From an uncultured virus (IMG/VR IMGVR_UViG_3300046462_000389) (lineage: Duplodnaviria; Heunggongvirae; Uroviricota; Caudoviricetes), in the IMG/VR virus record IMGVR_UViG_3300046462_000389: a DNA stretch of 64,000 nt; one strand, given 5' to 3'. The notes under the pieces are model-generated. The model worked only from the letters and a program-made list of their open reading frames with translations. It was not told where the DNA came from and did not search any database. Made by a program: the position numbers and the translations under genes. Shown here piece by piece: positions 18,885 through 26,423 of the stretch (within the stretch, counting starts at the first letter, position 1; each line of letters starts with the position of its first letter).

Positions 18885-19691
18885 CAGAGGTTTGTTGATG
18901 ACTTCGGAGAGCATCTCGCGGCGAAGATCCACCGGGATGTCAGCCAGGTCCTTGTAGTCCGACCACCAGAGACGCTTCACGTGAAACGACCAGTCGAGCT
19001 TGGCCAACACCTTGCTGAAGCCCTCCTCCCCGGCCCTGTCCTGGTCGTAGGCGACCCAGAGCGTGCGGGGCTGGTACCTCTTCAGCAGCTTGGCCTGCGC
19101 GCTGGAGATGCCCGCGTGGTAGCTGCCAACAGCGGTGAAGCCAGCGTCTCGGCAGGCCGCTACGTCGCTCATCCCCTCGACCAGGATCAGGTCGTCACCA
19201 GTGACCCGGTGGAAGTCGATCAGGTACTCACTCACCGACACCCTGGGCGGGTACCGGTACTTCGGACCGATCCCGTCCAGTGACCTGCTGATGACGCCCA
19301 GCACCTGTCCCTCGTTGTCCCGCATCGGGTAGGTAGCCACGTGCGGAGCGGTGCCCAGCCGGTAGTACCGGCAGACCTCGGGGGAGAACCGGGAGAGCCA
19401 GTAGTCCCCCGGTCCCTGTGAGTCGAACACGTTCAGCCAGGACTCGGTGAACCGGTTGGTGGTGGTCAGTGACTCGAACAGCCGTTCGGTCAGCTTGACC
19501 ACTCCGGTGGCCGAGATCTGCATGGTGTCCAGGTCCACCCGACCTGCCGAACCGCAGGCGTAGCAGACCCACAGGCCGGTCACCGAGTTGACCGAGGCTG
19601 AGGCGTTGTGGTCGTCGTGGACGTGGCAGACGAACTGGCGCTCCAGCTCGTAGCCGAGGGTCAGGGCGTCCTCAACGCTGCGATAAGCCAC
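18867..19691 (-). CDS. DNA primase (Zn finger + TOPRIM)
   Basis: CHVH..CYAC, LILVEGMSD, YDQDRAG, KDLAD; GGAG RBS before GTG 19691. Confidence 0.92.
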   Translation of the reverse strand: MAYRSVEDALTLGYELERQFVCHVHDDHNASASVNSVTGLWVCYACGSAGRVDLDTMQISATGVVKLTERLFESLTTTNRFTESWLNVFDSQGPGDYWLSRFSPEVCRYYRLGTAPHVATYPMRDNEGQVLGVISRSLDGIGPKYRYPPRVSVSEYLIDFHRVTGDDLILVEGMSDVAACRDAGFTAVGSYHAGISSAQAKLLKRYQPRTLWVAYDQDRAGEEGFSKVLAKLDWSFHVKRLWWSDYKDLADIPVDLRREMLSEVINKPLLSALS

Positions 19692-19857
19692 GAGCCTGCT
19701 CCAGATCGAACAGTGCGGGCTGGTCGTCTGGCTCAGTGTCGACGCAGGACGCGTGACAGAGGTGGTCTTCCCGGTCGTAGGTGAGCTCATCACCCGCGAC
19801 CAGGTAGACCCCACACTCGTGGCAGGTTCCGGAGTTGTACTGCGCCGTGAAGCTCAT
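19672..19857 (-). CDS. Small Zn-ribbon protein
   Basis: FTAQY.G.CHEC..GD..HASC. Confidence 0.65.
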   Translation of the reverse strand: MSFTAQYNSGTCHECGVYLVAGDELTYDREDHLCHASCVDTEPDDQPALFDLEQARGLSQR

Positions 19858-21110
19858 GAATCCTCCAGCGGATACATATCGCGGAGCTGGTCGGCCTCAG
19901 CTCTCGGGATCTCGGTGAAGTTGCCGACGTTGGGGTCGAAGTTGGTGAAAAACAACCGGGAGGACTCGCCGTGTCTGTTCTTCTCGATGGAGAAGATCCG
20001 GCTCATCCTCCCGAAGTTGCGCAGTGTCACCACCACGTCACCATCTTGGGCGAGTGCGTCTGTCTGGGACAGGTGCCTGAGTTTGGGTGGCATCCAGGCG
20101 TGGTGGTTGTCGCCCTCACGGTTGATCTGGGTGGCTGCCACGATCCGGCAGTTCCGACTCATGGCGATCTCCTTCAACGCGTTGGAGATCTTGGCAGCCT
20201 CCCGCCAGTCATCGATCGAGCGGGAGCCTGAGTCACCCCGCATCAGACCGACGTAGTCGATCAGCACCAGGTCGTAGTCGGAGGCGTAGCGGGCGATGGT
20301 GGCCGGAGAGGCGAAGCCCTCGGACAAGTCGTGAATGTCCAGCACCCCGTCACCGATCCGCTCCTGGTGGATGTTCTCCAGCAGGGCGCGGTAGTCCTCG
20401 ATCGGGTACTGACGCCGCAGCATCGCCATGGCGTCGATCTTGTCGGCCCAGCCCACCTTGTGACCGGCAGTGGCGTGGAACCGGACCTGACACTGCTGTC
20501 TGGTCATCTCCAGGCTGACCAGCATCACCTTGTGGCCCATCATGTAGGCGTCGGTCGCCATCTCCACCAGGAAGTGCGACTTGCCCTGCATCGGCCTGGC
20601 TGGCAGGTACCACAGCTCACCAGGTCCGATCCCGTTGGTGTGTCGCTGCAGGGTGTCCCAGGTGACGTTGATCCGGTTCGCCTCGGGCTTGACGTAGTCG
20701 GTGAGGAACGAGTCGGTCTCCGCGATCGAGCGGGGGATCTTGAAGTTGGTCGAGTAGGTGACCGCCTGCATCAGGGAGACAGCCTGCCCGGTCTTGCCCT
20801 CCTTCAGCAGCTTGCCAGCTGCCATGATCGCCTTCAGGGCTTCCCGGTTGTAGTAGCTCTCCAGGATCTCTGCAGCCGACCATCGAGGGTCGTCTTCCTC
20901 TTCTGACAAAGGGAAGCCGGGGAAGGCGACCTTCAGGTGCTCCTCGGTCGGGACGTGTCCCCAGCGTCCCTGGTAGTCCATCACCCAGTTCAGTACGTCT
21001 CGGTGACCGACCAGCTTGTCAGGGGTGATTTGATACTGGTTCGCTGCTGACGCGTCTCCAGAGTTGATCAGCGCGGACACCAGCAATGTCTCCGGTGTTA
21101 CCCGTTCCAT
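19854..21110 (-). CDS. dnaB: Replicative DnaB-family helicase
   Basis: ARPMQGKS, SLEM, IDYVGLM, QINR, QDGDVV, KNRHG; AGGAG RBS before ATG 21110. Confidence 0.93.
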   Translation of the reverse strand: MERVTPETLLVSALINSGDASAANQYQITPDKLVGHRDVLNWVMDYQGRWGHVPTEEHLKVAFPGFPLSEEEDDPRWSAAEILESYYNREALKAIMAAGKLLKEGKTGQAVSLMQAVTYSTNFKIPRSIAETDSFLTDYVKPEANRINVTWDTLQRHTNGIGPGELWYLPARPMQGKSHFLVEMATDAYMMGHKVMLVSLEMTRQQCQVRFHATAGHKVGWADKIDAMAMLRRQYPIEDYRALLENIHQERIGDGVLDIHDLSEGFASPATIARYASDYDLVLIDYVGLMRGDSGSRSIDDWREAAKISNALKEIAMSRNCRIVAATQINREGDNHHAWMPPKLRHLSQTDALAQDGDVVVTLRNFGRMSRIFSIEKNRHGESSRLFFTNFDPNVGNFTEIPRAEADQLRDMYPLEDS

Positions 21111-21163
21111 GGAACTCCTATGCGGTTGTAGCCCTTGGTGAGAGCTGTAGTGTGCCCGTGACG

Positions 21164-21529
21164 CTACGCCCCCTCCTGCGACACGGCAAGGTCCCCGTAG
21201 GTCCCGTTCTCTGGCCAGCGGTAACGCACCCGAGGCTCGGTCTTGCCGTCGCTCTGGTGCTTCATCGGGATCACCACCTTGACCCCGAAGTGCCTGCACG
21301 GCGTGGCGACGGTGTGCCCGCAGAGCAGGCAGGGCTTGTGCACCACCTTGACCGGCCAGTACTCACGCGGGCTGCAGCGACGGCAGAACCTGACCGACCG
21401 CAGATCGTCCAGATCCTCCTCGACGACGTGGTGGGTCGAGCCGTGACCGGTCATGAACTTCTCGACGCACTCTCTGCTGAAGTGCTTCCTGGTCCGGTTC
21501 GCCAGCGATGAGGTGGAATAAACCTTCAT
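21164..21529 (-). CDS. Cys/His-rich hypothetical protein, first gene of the leftward block
   Basis: H..REC, CRRC, CLLC..C.H; GGGGG RBS. Confidence 0.65.
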   Translation of the reverse strand: MKVYSTSSLANRTRKHFSRECVEKFMTGHGSTHHVVEEDLDDLRSVRFCRRCSPREYWPVKVVHKPCLLCGHTVATPCRHFGVKVVIPMKHQSDGKTEPRVRYRWPENGTYGDLAVSQEGA

Positions 21530-21546
21530 TACAGCCCCCTTTTATG

Positions 21547-21581
21547 TTGCTTTCAAGCATATTTGGTGGGACAATAGAGGT
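21547..21581 (+). promoter_or_regulatory. Promoter P1
   Basis: TTGCTT-17-(TGn)GACAAT followed by AGAGGT. Confidence 0.75.
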
Positions 21582-21688
21582 ATCGCGGACTATTCTGTCC
21601 AAACCACAGCGTCAGCCCCGGGCTGATCGTCGGAGAAGGTACCCCCCATCTCCGAGAGACGATACCCCACAGCCCGGGGCTGGCTTTT
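21582..21688 (+). ncRNA. Candidate sRNA1, long hairpin with C-rich loops
   Basis: After P1; GTCAGCCCCGGGCTG/CAGCCCGGGGCTGGC, ATCGTC/GACGAT, GGAGA/TCTCC stems; TTTT end; no credible ORF. Confidence 0.6.
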
Positions 21689-21696
21689 ATAAAGTG

Positions 21697-21711
21697 TGCG
21701 ATAATAGAGAT
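21697..21711 (+). promoter_or_regulatory. Promoter P2 (extended -10)
   Basis: TGc GATAAT AGAGAT. Confidence 0.7.
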
Positions 21712-21811
21712 ATCGCGGATCAAGGCGTACCTGCTGGTTGCAGCAGAGGGTTGAAGTCCCACCGTGATATCGAATAAATAGCTCGTCAGCACTGTGCTGG
21801 CGGGCCTTTTT
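21712..21811 (+). ncRNA. Candidate sRNA2, tRNA-like junction plus terminator
   Basis: ATCGCGG/CCGTGAT closing stem, CTGCTG/CAGCAG arm, GGG-TTGAAGT-CCC arm, then an 11-bp hairpin and TTTTT. Confidence 0.6.
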
Positions 21812-21812
21812 G

Positions 21813-21848
21813 TTGCATAAATGCCCCTATTTATGCGATAATAGAGGT
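21813..21848 (+). promoter_or_regulatory. Promoter P3 with palindromic spacer
   Basis: TTGCAT-18-(TGc)GATAAT AGAGGT; GCATAAAT/ATTTATGC inverted repeat. Confidence 0.75.
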
Positions 21849-21916
21849 AACGCAGCGACCGCATGTCCAAATGCGGATCGCAACAGGCTCAGACCAATCC
21901 CGGTCTGGGCCTTTTT
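21849..21916 (+). ncRNA. Candidate sRNA3 or attenuated leader
   Basis: GCGACCGCAT/ATGCGGATCGC hairpin, then GGCTCAGACC/GGTCTGGGCC + TTTTT. Confidence 0.6.
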
Positions 21917-21954
21917 GTTTGCCCGAGATACGGGCAGGAGTAAGGAGTTAGACA

Positions 21955-22251
21955 ATGACTTACGAGACTGACGCGTACTTAGCACGGATGACTGCGGAGA
22001 ACAATGCGTATTTCGCAAGAATGAAGGCCGAGAACGATGCGTACTTCGCCCGAATGAAGGCAGAGAACGATGCGTACTTCAGCGGCAGCAGCAGCGGCAG
22101 CAGCTGGAGCAGCGGAGTGGGCAGTGCGTCCTACGGACGTGGTGTGTCCGACGCACGGCTGCATCAGAAGTCCGGGCCGAGCAACTCCTTCGGAGGCTAC
22201 ACCAAGGTCAACCACGGTAACGGCACCTTCAGCATGAAGAAGGCCAAGTAA
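21955..22251 (+). CDS. Small early protein with 11-aa repeats
   Basis: AAGGAG RBS; DAYFARMKAEN repeats. Confidence 0.8.
   Translation: MTYETDAYLARMTAENNAYFARMKAENDAYFARMKAENDAYFSGSSSGSSWSSGVGSASYGRGVSDARLHQKSGPSNSFGGYTKVNHGNGTFSMKKAK
21970..22080 (+). repeat. 33-bp coding tandem repeat, about 3.4 copies
   Basis: GATGCGTACTTCGCCCGAATGAAGGCAGAGAAC-like units with mostly synonymous differences. Confidence 0.85.
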
Positions 22252-22272
22252 GACGCCAGTTGACGCTTCGAC

Positions 22273-22322
22273 TTGGCCCCCGTCCTGCACGGTGGCCTTG
22301 TCGTTGTGCCAGAAGGTACAAC
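22273..22322 (+). repeat. Intergenic double-hairpin element, copy 1
   Basis: TTGGCCCCCGTC..ACGGTGGCCTTGTCGTTGTGCCAGAAGGTACAAC. Confidence 0.75.
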
Positions 22323-22377
22323 CCGAGAGCTACTAGCCCCTTAGGGGCAACAGGTAGACAAATTCAAGGAGTAAGAC

Positions 22378-22680
22378 ATGCAGTTCAACGAGACCATCGA
22401 GAAGATCTCGAACCTGCTCCACCCCGAACCCAAGGACTGGGACGAGCTGAGCACCGGTCGCAAGGTGTACGTCATCATCGGCACCGCCATCTTCGTCGCC
22501 ACCACGGTGTTCGAGATCAAGCAGATCATCGACGGCATCCGGGAGAGCCGCAGGCTCGACCGGGAGCTGGAGGAGGCCCACAAGGAGTTCGAGCAGTACA
22601 TCGACCTGAATCTGAAGATCCACACCGATCCGACCCAGGCGTGGGGAGACATCACCACCGATCTGCCCAGCGGTGAGTAG
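22378..22680 (+). CDS. Single-TM hypothetical protein
   Basis: AAGGAG RBS; hydrophobic VYVIIGTAIFVATTV. Confidence 0.75.
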   Translation: MQFNETIEKISNLLHPEPKDWDELSTGRKVYVIIGTAIFVATTVFEIKQIIDGIRESRRLDRELEEAHKEFEQYIDLNLKIHTDPTQAWGDITTDLPSGE

Positions 22681-22774
22681 CCGCAAGCAGGCGAGGATCG
22701 ACCGCAAGCTGGCTGTCATCAAGCGGGAGCAGACCAAGGAGAAAGACACTCCTGTGGTCAAGAAGAACTCCTGA
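22673..22774 (+). CDS. 33-aa basic peptide
   Basis: GTG overlapping the previous gene; MSSRKQARIDRKLAVIKREQTKEKDTPVVKKNS fills the gap. Confidence 0.45.
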   Translation: MSSRKQARIDRKLAVIKREQTKEKDTPVVKKNS

Positions 22775-22782
22775 CCATCAAG

Positions 22783-22833
22783 TTGGTCCCCGTCTACGGA
22801 CGGGGGCCTTCTTGTTGTTCAGAGGGACAACAA
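22783..22833 (+). repeat. Intergenic double-hairpin element, copy 2
   Basis: TTGGTCCCCGTCTACGGACGGGGGCCTTCTTGTTGTTCAGAGGGACAACAA. Confidence 0.8.
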
Positions 22834-22855
22834 ATACACAAGCAGGAGGCTTGGA

Positions 22856-23356
22856 GTGAGCGGAACGATGGATGTAGTCGGTATCACTGGATCAGCAGGT
22901 GCTGGTGCAGTTGCCGGAGGAATGCTGGTGGAGGCGTCCGGCCTCACAGCGGCTGGCATGATCGGCGGCGGTACCGGCATCGGCATGGCTGCTGGACCGG
23001 TCGGCATGGTGGCCGGTGGTCTCATCGGAGCAACTGTGTACGGCGTGTACATGGTCGGTAGGAGTCTGCTGTTCCCACCACGCCCAGAGATGATCTGGGG
23101 CGTGTGCGAGGTCCAAGGATGCTGGAGGCACCTGCTGCCTCATGGGGCGTTCGACAAGGTGCCCCACTGCTGGGCGCACCGGATCTTCTACGGGAAGTGC
23201 CCCGAGTCGTACTGCAACCTGGACATGCTGCCCAGCACCTACGGCGACCCGGTTCCGCACTGCTGGGAGCACCCGTGGAACAAGGCCGAGTTCGTCACCG
23301 AGAACCCGCAGATCTGCATCGGAGGCAACCTGTACAACGCCTGCACCTGCATCTGA
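22856..23356 (+). CDS. Gly-zipper membrane protein with duplicated Cys/His motifs
   Basis: GGAGG RBS; GxxxG-rich N-half; two C-x4-C..VPHCW.H units. Confidence 0.7.
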   Translation: MSGTMDVVGITGSAGAGAVAGGMLVEASGLTAAGMIGGGTGIGMAAGPVGMVAGGLIGATVYGVYMVGRSLLFPPRPEMIWGVCEVQGCWRHLLPHGAFDKVPHCWAHRIFYGKCPESYCNLDMLPSTYGDPVPHCWEHPWNKAEFVTENPQICIGGNLYNACTCI

Positions 23357-23364
23357 GCTTCGAG

Positions 23365-23413
23365 TTGGCCCCCGTCTGCGGACGGGGGCCTTCTTGTTGT
23401 GCAGAAGCGCAAC
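23365..23413 (+). repeat. Intergenic double-hairpin element, copy 3
   Basis: TTGGCCCCCGTCTGCGGACGGGGGCCTTCTTGTTGTGCAGAAGCGCAAC. Confidence 0.8.
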
Positions 23414-23448
23414 GCAAACAGCCCAGAGAGGGCTCAACCCAAGGAGTG

Positions 23449-24414
23449 ATGGCCGTGAAGGTCACCATCAAGTTCCACCCGATCGCCTATGTCAAGGCGG
23501 TCCACAGTGTCAACAAGGCCAACATCGAGATCAACGCCGAGGCGATGAAGCTCTCCCAGCAGTTCGAGGAGCAGGTGGGCAACCACAAGGAGATGGCGAC
23601 CGAGTCCGAGCGGCTCTACGCCAACATCGTCTTGAACAACCTGCAGAACGACCAGGTTGCTGTCGACCACCAGGAAGGCGTCGAGAAGGCCACCCAGTTC
23701 GCCAAGCAGTGGGCTGATGAAACGCGTCAGAAGCTCGACGCGAAGCTGGGCGAGAAGATCGAGTCACCGACTCGTCGGGAGTACATCGTCTTCTCCATCA
23801 AGGGCAGGGGCCGCAAGGTCAACCGGCCCAAGCCGCTCCGCTACAACCTGTTCAAGGCGATGTACAACTCCTTCATCAACTCGCGGATCAAGTACCACGA
23901 GAAGAGGGCGACCAGGTGCGAGAACGCGGTGGAGGCCTGCGACGAGTACCTGGATCAGGACTTCTCCGACATCGAGGACCACAGGTTCATCAACTGGACT
24001 CGTAACGTCATGAGCAAGATGAAGGCCAAGGCCACGAAGAAGCTCGACAAGCACCAGAACAAGGTGGGCAACCTGAAGCTGAAGCTCGTCGTGCAGCCCG
24101 CTCCGGGCAAGGTGGCCAAGTTCTTCAGCGCCATCTACACCAAGGTGGTTCGTCCGGTTGGGCGGTTCATCAACAAGTTCATCGTGCGTCCGATCGTTGT
24201 GGTGATCAGCGCACTGCTCAGCGTTGTGTTCCTCCTGGTCTTCCTGACGCTGCTCACTGTCGTGTTCCTCGTCGCTGGTCTGGTCATTCTGCTGGTCGTC
24301 GGTGTCCGCAATGGCGTTCAGGCCATCAAGCGGCACATGAAGAACAGCGAGCGTCAGCAGGCGACCGAGAAGGTGTGGGAGTCCGTCATCCGCGAGGCCA
24401 GTAGCACCAACTGA
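23449..24414 (+). CDS. Coiled-coil protein with long C-terminal hydrophobic segment
   Basis: AAGGAG upstream of ATG 23449; strong GC3 codon usage. Confidence 0.75.
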   Translation: MAVKVTIKFHPIAYVKAVHSVNKANIEINAEAMKLSQQFEEQVGNHKEMATESERLYANIVLNNLQNDQVAVDHQEGVEKATQFAKQWADETRQKLDAKLGEKIESPTRREYIVFSIKGRGRKVNRPKPLRYNLFKAMYNSFINSRIKYHEKRATRCENAVEACDEYLDQDFSDIEDHRFINWTRNVMSKMKAKATKKLDKHQNKVGNLKLKLVVQPAPGKVAKFFSAIYTKVVRPVGRFINKFIVRPIVVVISALLSVVFLLVFLTLLTVVFLVAGLVILLVVGVRNGVQAIKRHMKNSERQQATEKVWESVIREASSTN

Positions 24415-24424
24415 ACCACTTGTT

Positions 24425-24451
24425 GAGCCCCCGGGAGAGGCCCGGGGGCTT
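24425..24451 (+). terminator. Hairpin after gene
   Basis: GAGCCCCCGGG/CCCGGGGGCTT. Confidence 0.55.
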
Positions 24452-24470
24452 CGTCATTCAAGGAGAAGAA

Positions 24471-25514
24471 ATGCCAGCACTCGATGCTCTGAGCGTGAGG
24501 AAACTCATCCTCGAAGAGAGCGCCACCGCACACTGGGCGGACATGGTGGGTTTCTCCATCTACCCCCACAGAACCCTGGATGAGATGGACCAACAGTTCG
24601 TCGATCAGGCGTTCTTCCTGGGTCGTGAGTACGCCAGAAGAATCAACAAGACCGTGCAGATGGCTGAGACGTTCTACGTGACGCCGGAGATGGCTCGGGT
24701 GGTCACGGCTCGGGCTGAAGCGTGGCCGGACGACGAGATCGTGTCCATTGACGAGCTGCCTTCAGCAGCGGGCTTCGTCTACGTTCCTCGCGGCATCTGG
24801 AGCACCTACACCAGTGGGAACAAGATCTGCTGTGATGTGTTCGCCTGGCATCGGGTCGGTACCAGCCTGCAGTGCTACTGGTTGATCTCTCCGGTGATGA
24901 GCTACCCCGGGATGAACAAGCCCAAGCCTGGTGAGATGGAGACGATACCGTTCAGCTTCTTCTCTTACGAGATGGGTACCCCGTGTGAGGCCAGGAAGGT
25001 CGCTCAGTTCGACCGGGAGTTGCCGGAAGAGCTGCAGTTGGACATGGGACTGGATCTCACAGTGTTCACCAAAGATCCGCTGAACAAGCTCAAGATCGGT
25101 CCCAAGGTCAAGCTCTGGATGATCCAGAACGACGTGACCTTGCAGGAGGTGCCCGACTTCAACTTCATCTGGCTGTTCTCGTGCCTGCGGCTGATGCGGG
25201 AGGAGCTGCCCGCTGTCTCCAGGGTGGGTACCCCGGCGAACCTGCGCAAGGGGATGATCCAGCGGAAGATGAAGAACACCCACGTGACGGTCATCGAGCA
25301 CCGTCGTCGTGCTGCTGGCGATGACCTGGGCGGTACACACGAGTACAACTACCGCTTCTACCGGCGAGGCCACAACCGGCGTGTCTGGGCCAAGAACCCC
25401 GAGACAGGGGAGCTGGAGCAGCGCACGGTGTGGATCAAGCCGGTCATCGTCAACTCCGCTCGAACCGATCTGCCACTGCTGATGCGAGAGCACATCAACT
25501 CGCTCAGCCGATAG
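24471..25514 (+). CDS. Hypothetical protein with C-terminal RGH.R..W motif
   Basis: AAGGAG RBS; YRFYRRGHNRRVW..WIKP. Confidence 0.75.
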   Translation: MPALDALSVRKLILEESATAHWADMVGFSIYPHRTLDEMDQQFVDQAFFLGREYARRINKTVQMAETFYVTPEMARVVTARAEAWPDDEIVSIDELPSAAGFVYVPRGIWSTYTSGNKICCDVFAWHRVGTSLQCYWLISPVMSYPGMNKPKPGEMETIPFSFFSYEMGTPCEARKVAQFDRELPEELQLDMGLDLTVFTKDPLNKLKIGPKVKLWMIQNDVTLQEVPDFNFIWLFSCLRLMREELPAVSRVGTPANLRKGMIQRKMKNTHVTVIEHRRRAAGDDLGGTHEYNYRFYRRGHNRRVWAKNPETGELEQRTVWIKPVIVNSARTDLPLLMREHINSLSR

Positions 25515-25535
25515 GAGGGAGAGCTGAGCATCGAG

Positions 25536-25742
25536 GTGCTGGAGGCCAAAGGTTCCCGCTGGCCCGCCATCGTCACTCTCGTGGTGATGGTGGGGCTGGC
25601 GGGCGTGGGAGTGGACAGGGTCTTGTACCAGCCACCACTGCCTCCAGCAGCGTTACCTGCACCAACGGTGACCAGGACCGTCTACAAGCCCATGTTGGGT
25701 CCGGCAGGCTGGCACTGCCCGTCCCTGAAGGAGAAGAAGTGA
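25536..25742 (+). CDS. Small single-TM protein
   Basis: Hydrophobic N-terminal segment; fills the gap. Confidence 0.5.
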   Translation: MLEAKGSRWPAIVTLVVMVGLAGVGVDRVLYQPPLPPAALPAPTVTRTVYKPMLGPAGWHCPSLKEKK

Positions 25743-26245
25743 TTGAGCCACCGAGTGGAGAGGAGATGCTGAGGATCACCCGAGGCATCTTCTTGGAAGA
25801 GGGTGGGATGAACCCCATCCTGCTCTACAACTCAGGAGAGCAGGTCTGCATCACTCCGTGCGAGGAGCACCATCCGGCCTTCATGATGGCTGGGATCCAG
25901 GCCGGAGTAGTGCTGGGCAAGCTCGAACGTCCGGACTGGATAGCCATCGCCACGGACTCCTACTACGCCGTGATGAAGAACCAGGCCGAGGTGCGCGACC
26001 ACGAGCACGAGGGTGTCTCGCTCGGGGAGCGGTTCAAGGCCGGTGACCCGATGGTCGGTGAGTCCTTGATGGTGCAGTGCATCAGCAAGGTCGGAGTCCT
26101 CTTCTGCATCCGGCAGGGGTACATCCGAGACGGCGACAAGTTCGTCTGGGATGACCCGGAGGACTTGAACGATCAAGGTGGCAACTGGGACGGCCGGATG
26201 GTCCAAGCCATGCAATTACTACTGGGATTAGAAGGAGAGTTGTGA
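25739..26245 (+). CDS. Hypothetical protein
   Basis: AAGGAG RBS, GTGA overlap. Confidence 0.65.
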   Translation: MIEPPSGEEMLRITRGIFLEEGGMNPILLYNSGEQVCITPCEEHHPAFMMAGIQAGVVLGKLERPDWIAIATDSYYAVMKNQAEVRDHEHEGVSLGERFKAGDPMVGESLMVQCISKVGVLFCIRQGYIRDGDKFVWDDPEDLNDQGGNWDGRMVQAMQLLLGLEGEL

Positions 26246-26406
26246 ACACCATCAGCGAGCGCGACAGCATGGTCGCGTACGAGCAGCGGCTGCGGAACAC
26301 GGTCCAGGCTCTGGAGAAGCTCGGCAGACACCGCTGGGCCAAGAAGTTGAAGAAGGAAGCCGACCAGGTCAGTCGGTGGCTGGACACCGTCGACCGGGGC
26401 AACTGA
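26242..26406 (+). CDS. 54-aa hypothetical protein
   Basis: AAGGAG RBS, GTGA overlap. Confidence 0.6.
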   Translation: MNTISERDSMVAYEQRLRNTVQALEKLGRHRWAKKLKKEADQVSRWLDTVDRGN

Positions 26407-26423
26407 GGAAAGGAGCAAGAACA

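Noticed and set aside
14496..21110. Inteins or introns in dnaE, primase or dnaB (also terL)
   Set aside because: Proteins are of normal or short length with contiguous motifs; no splice-junction or LAGLIDADG signatures seen
21712..21772. Canonical tRNA gene
   Set aside because: No D stem, no 7-nt anticodon loop, short T stem, no CCA
21570..23413. CRISPR mini-array or integron attC array
   Set aside because: The repeats are degenerate, unevenly spaced and explained by promoters or hairpins; the intervening DNA is structured RNA or whole genes; no integron integrase
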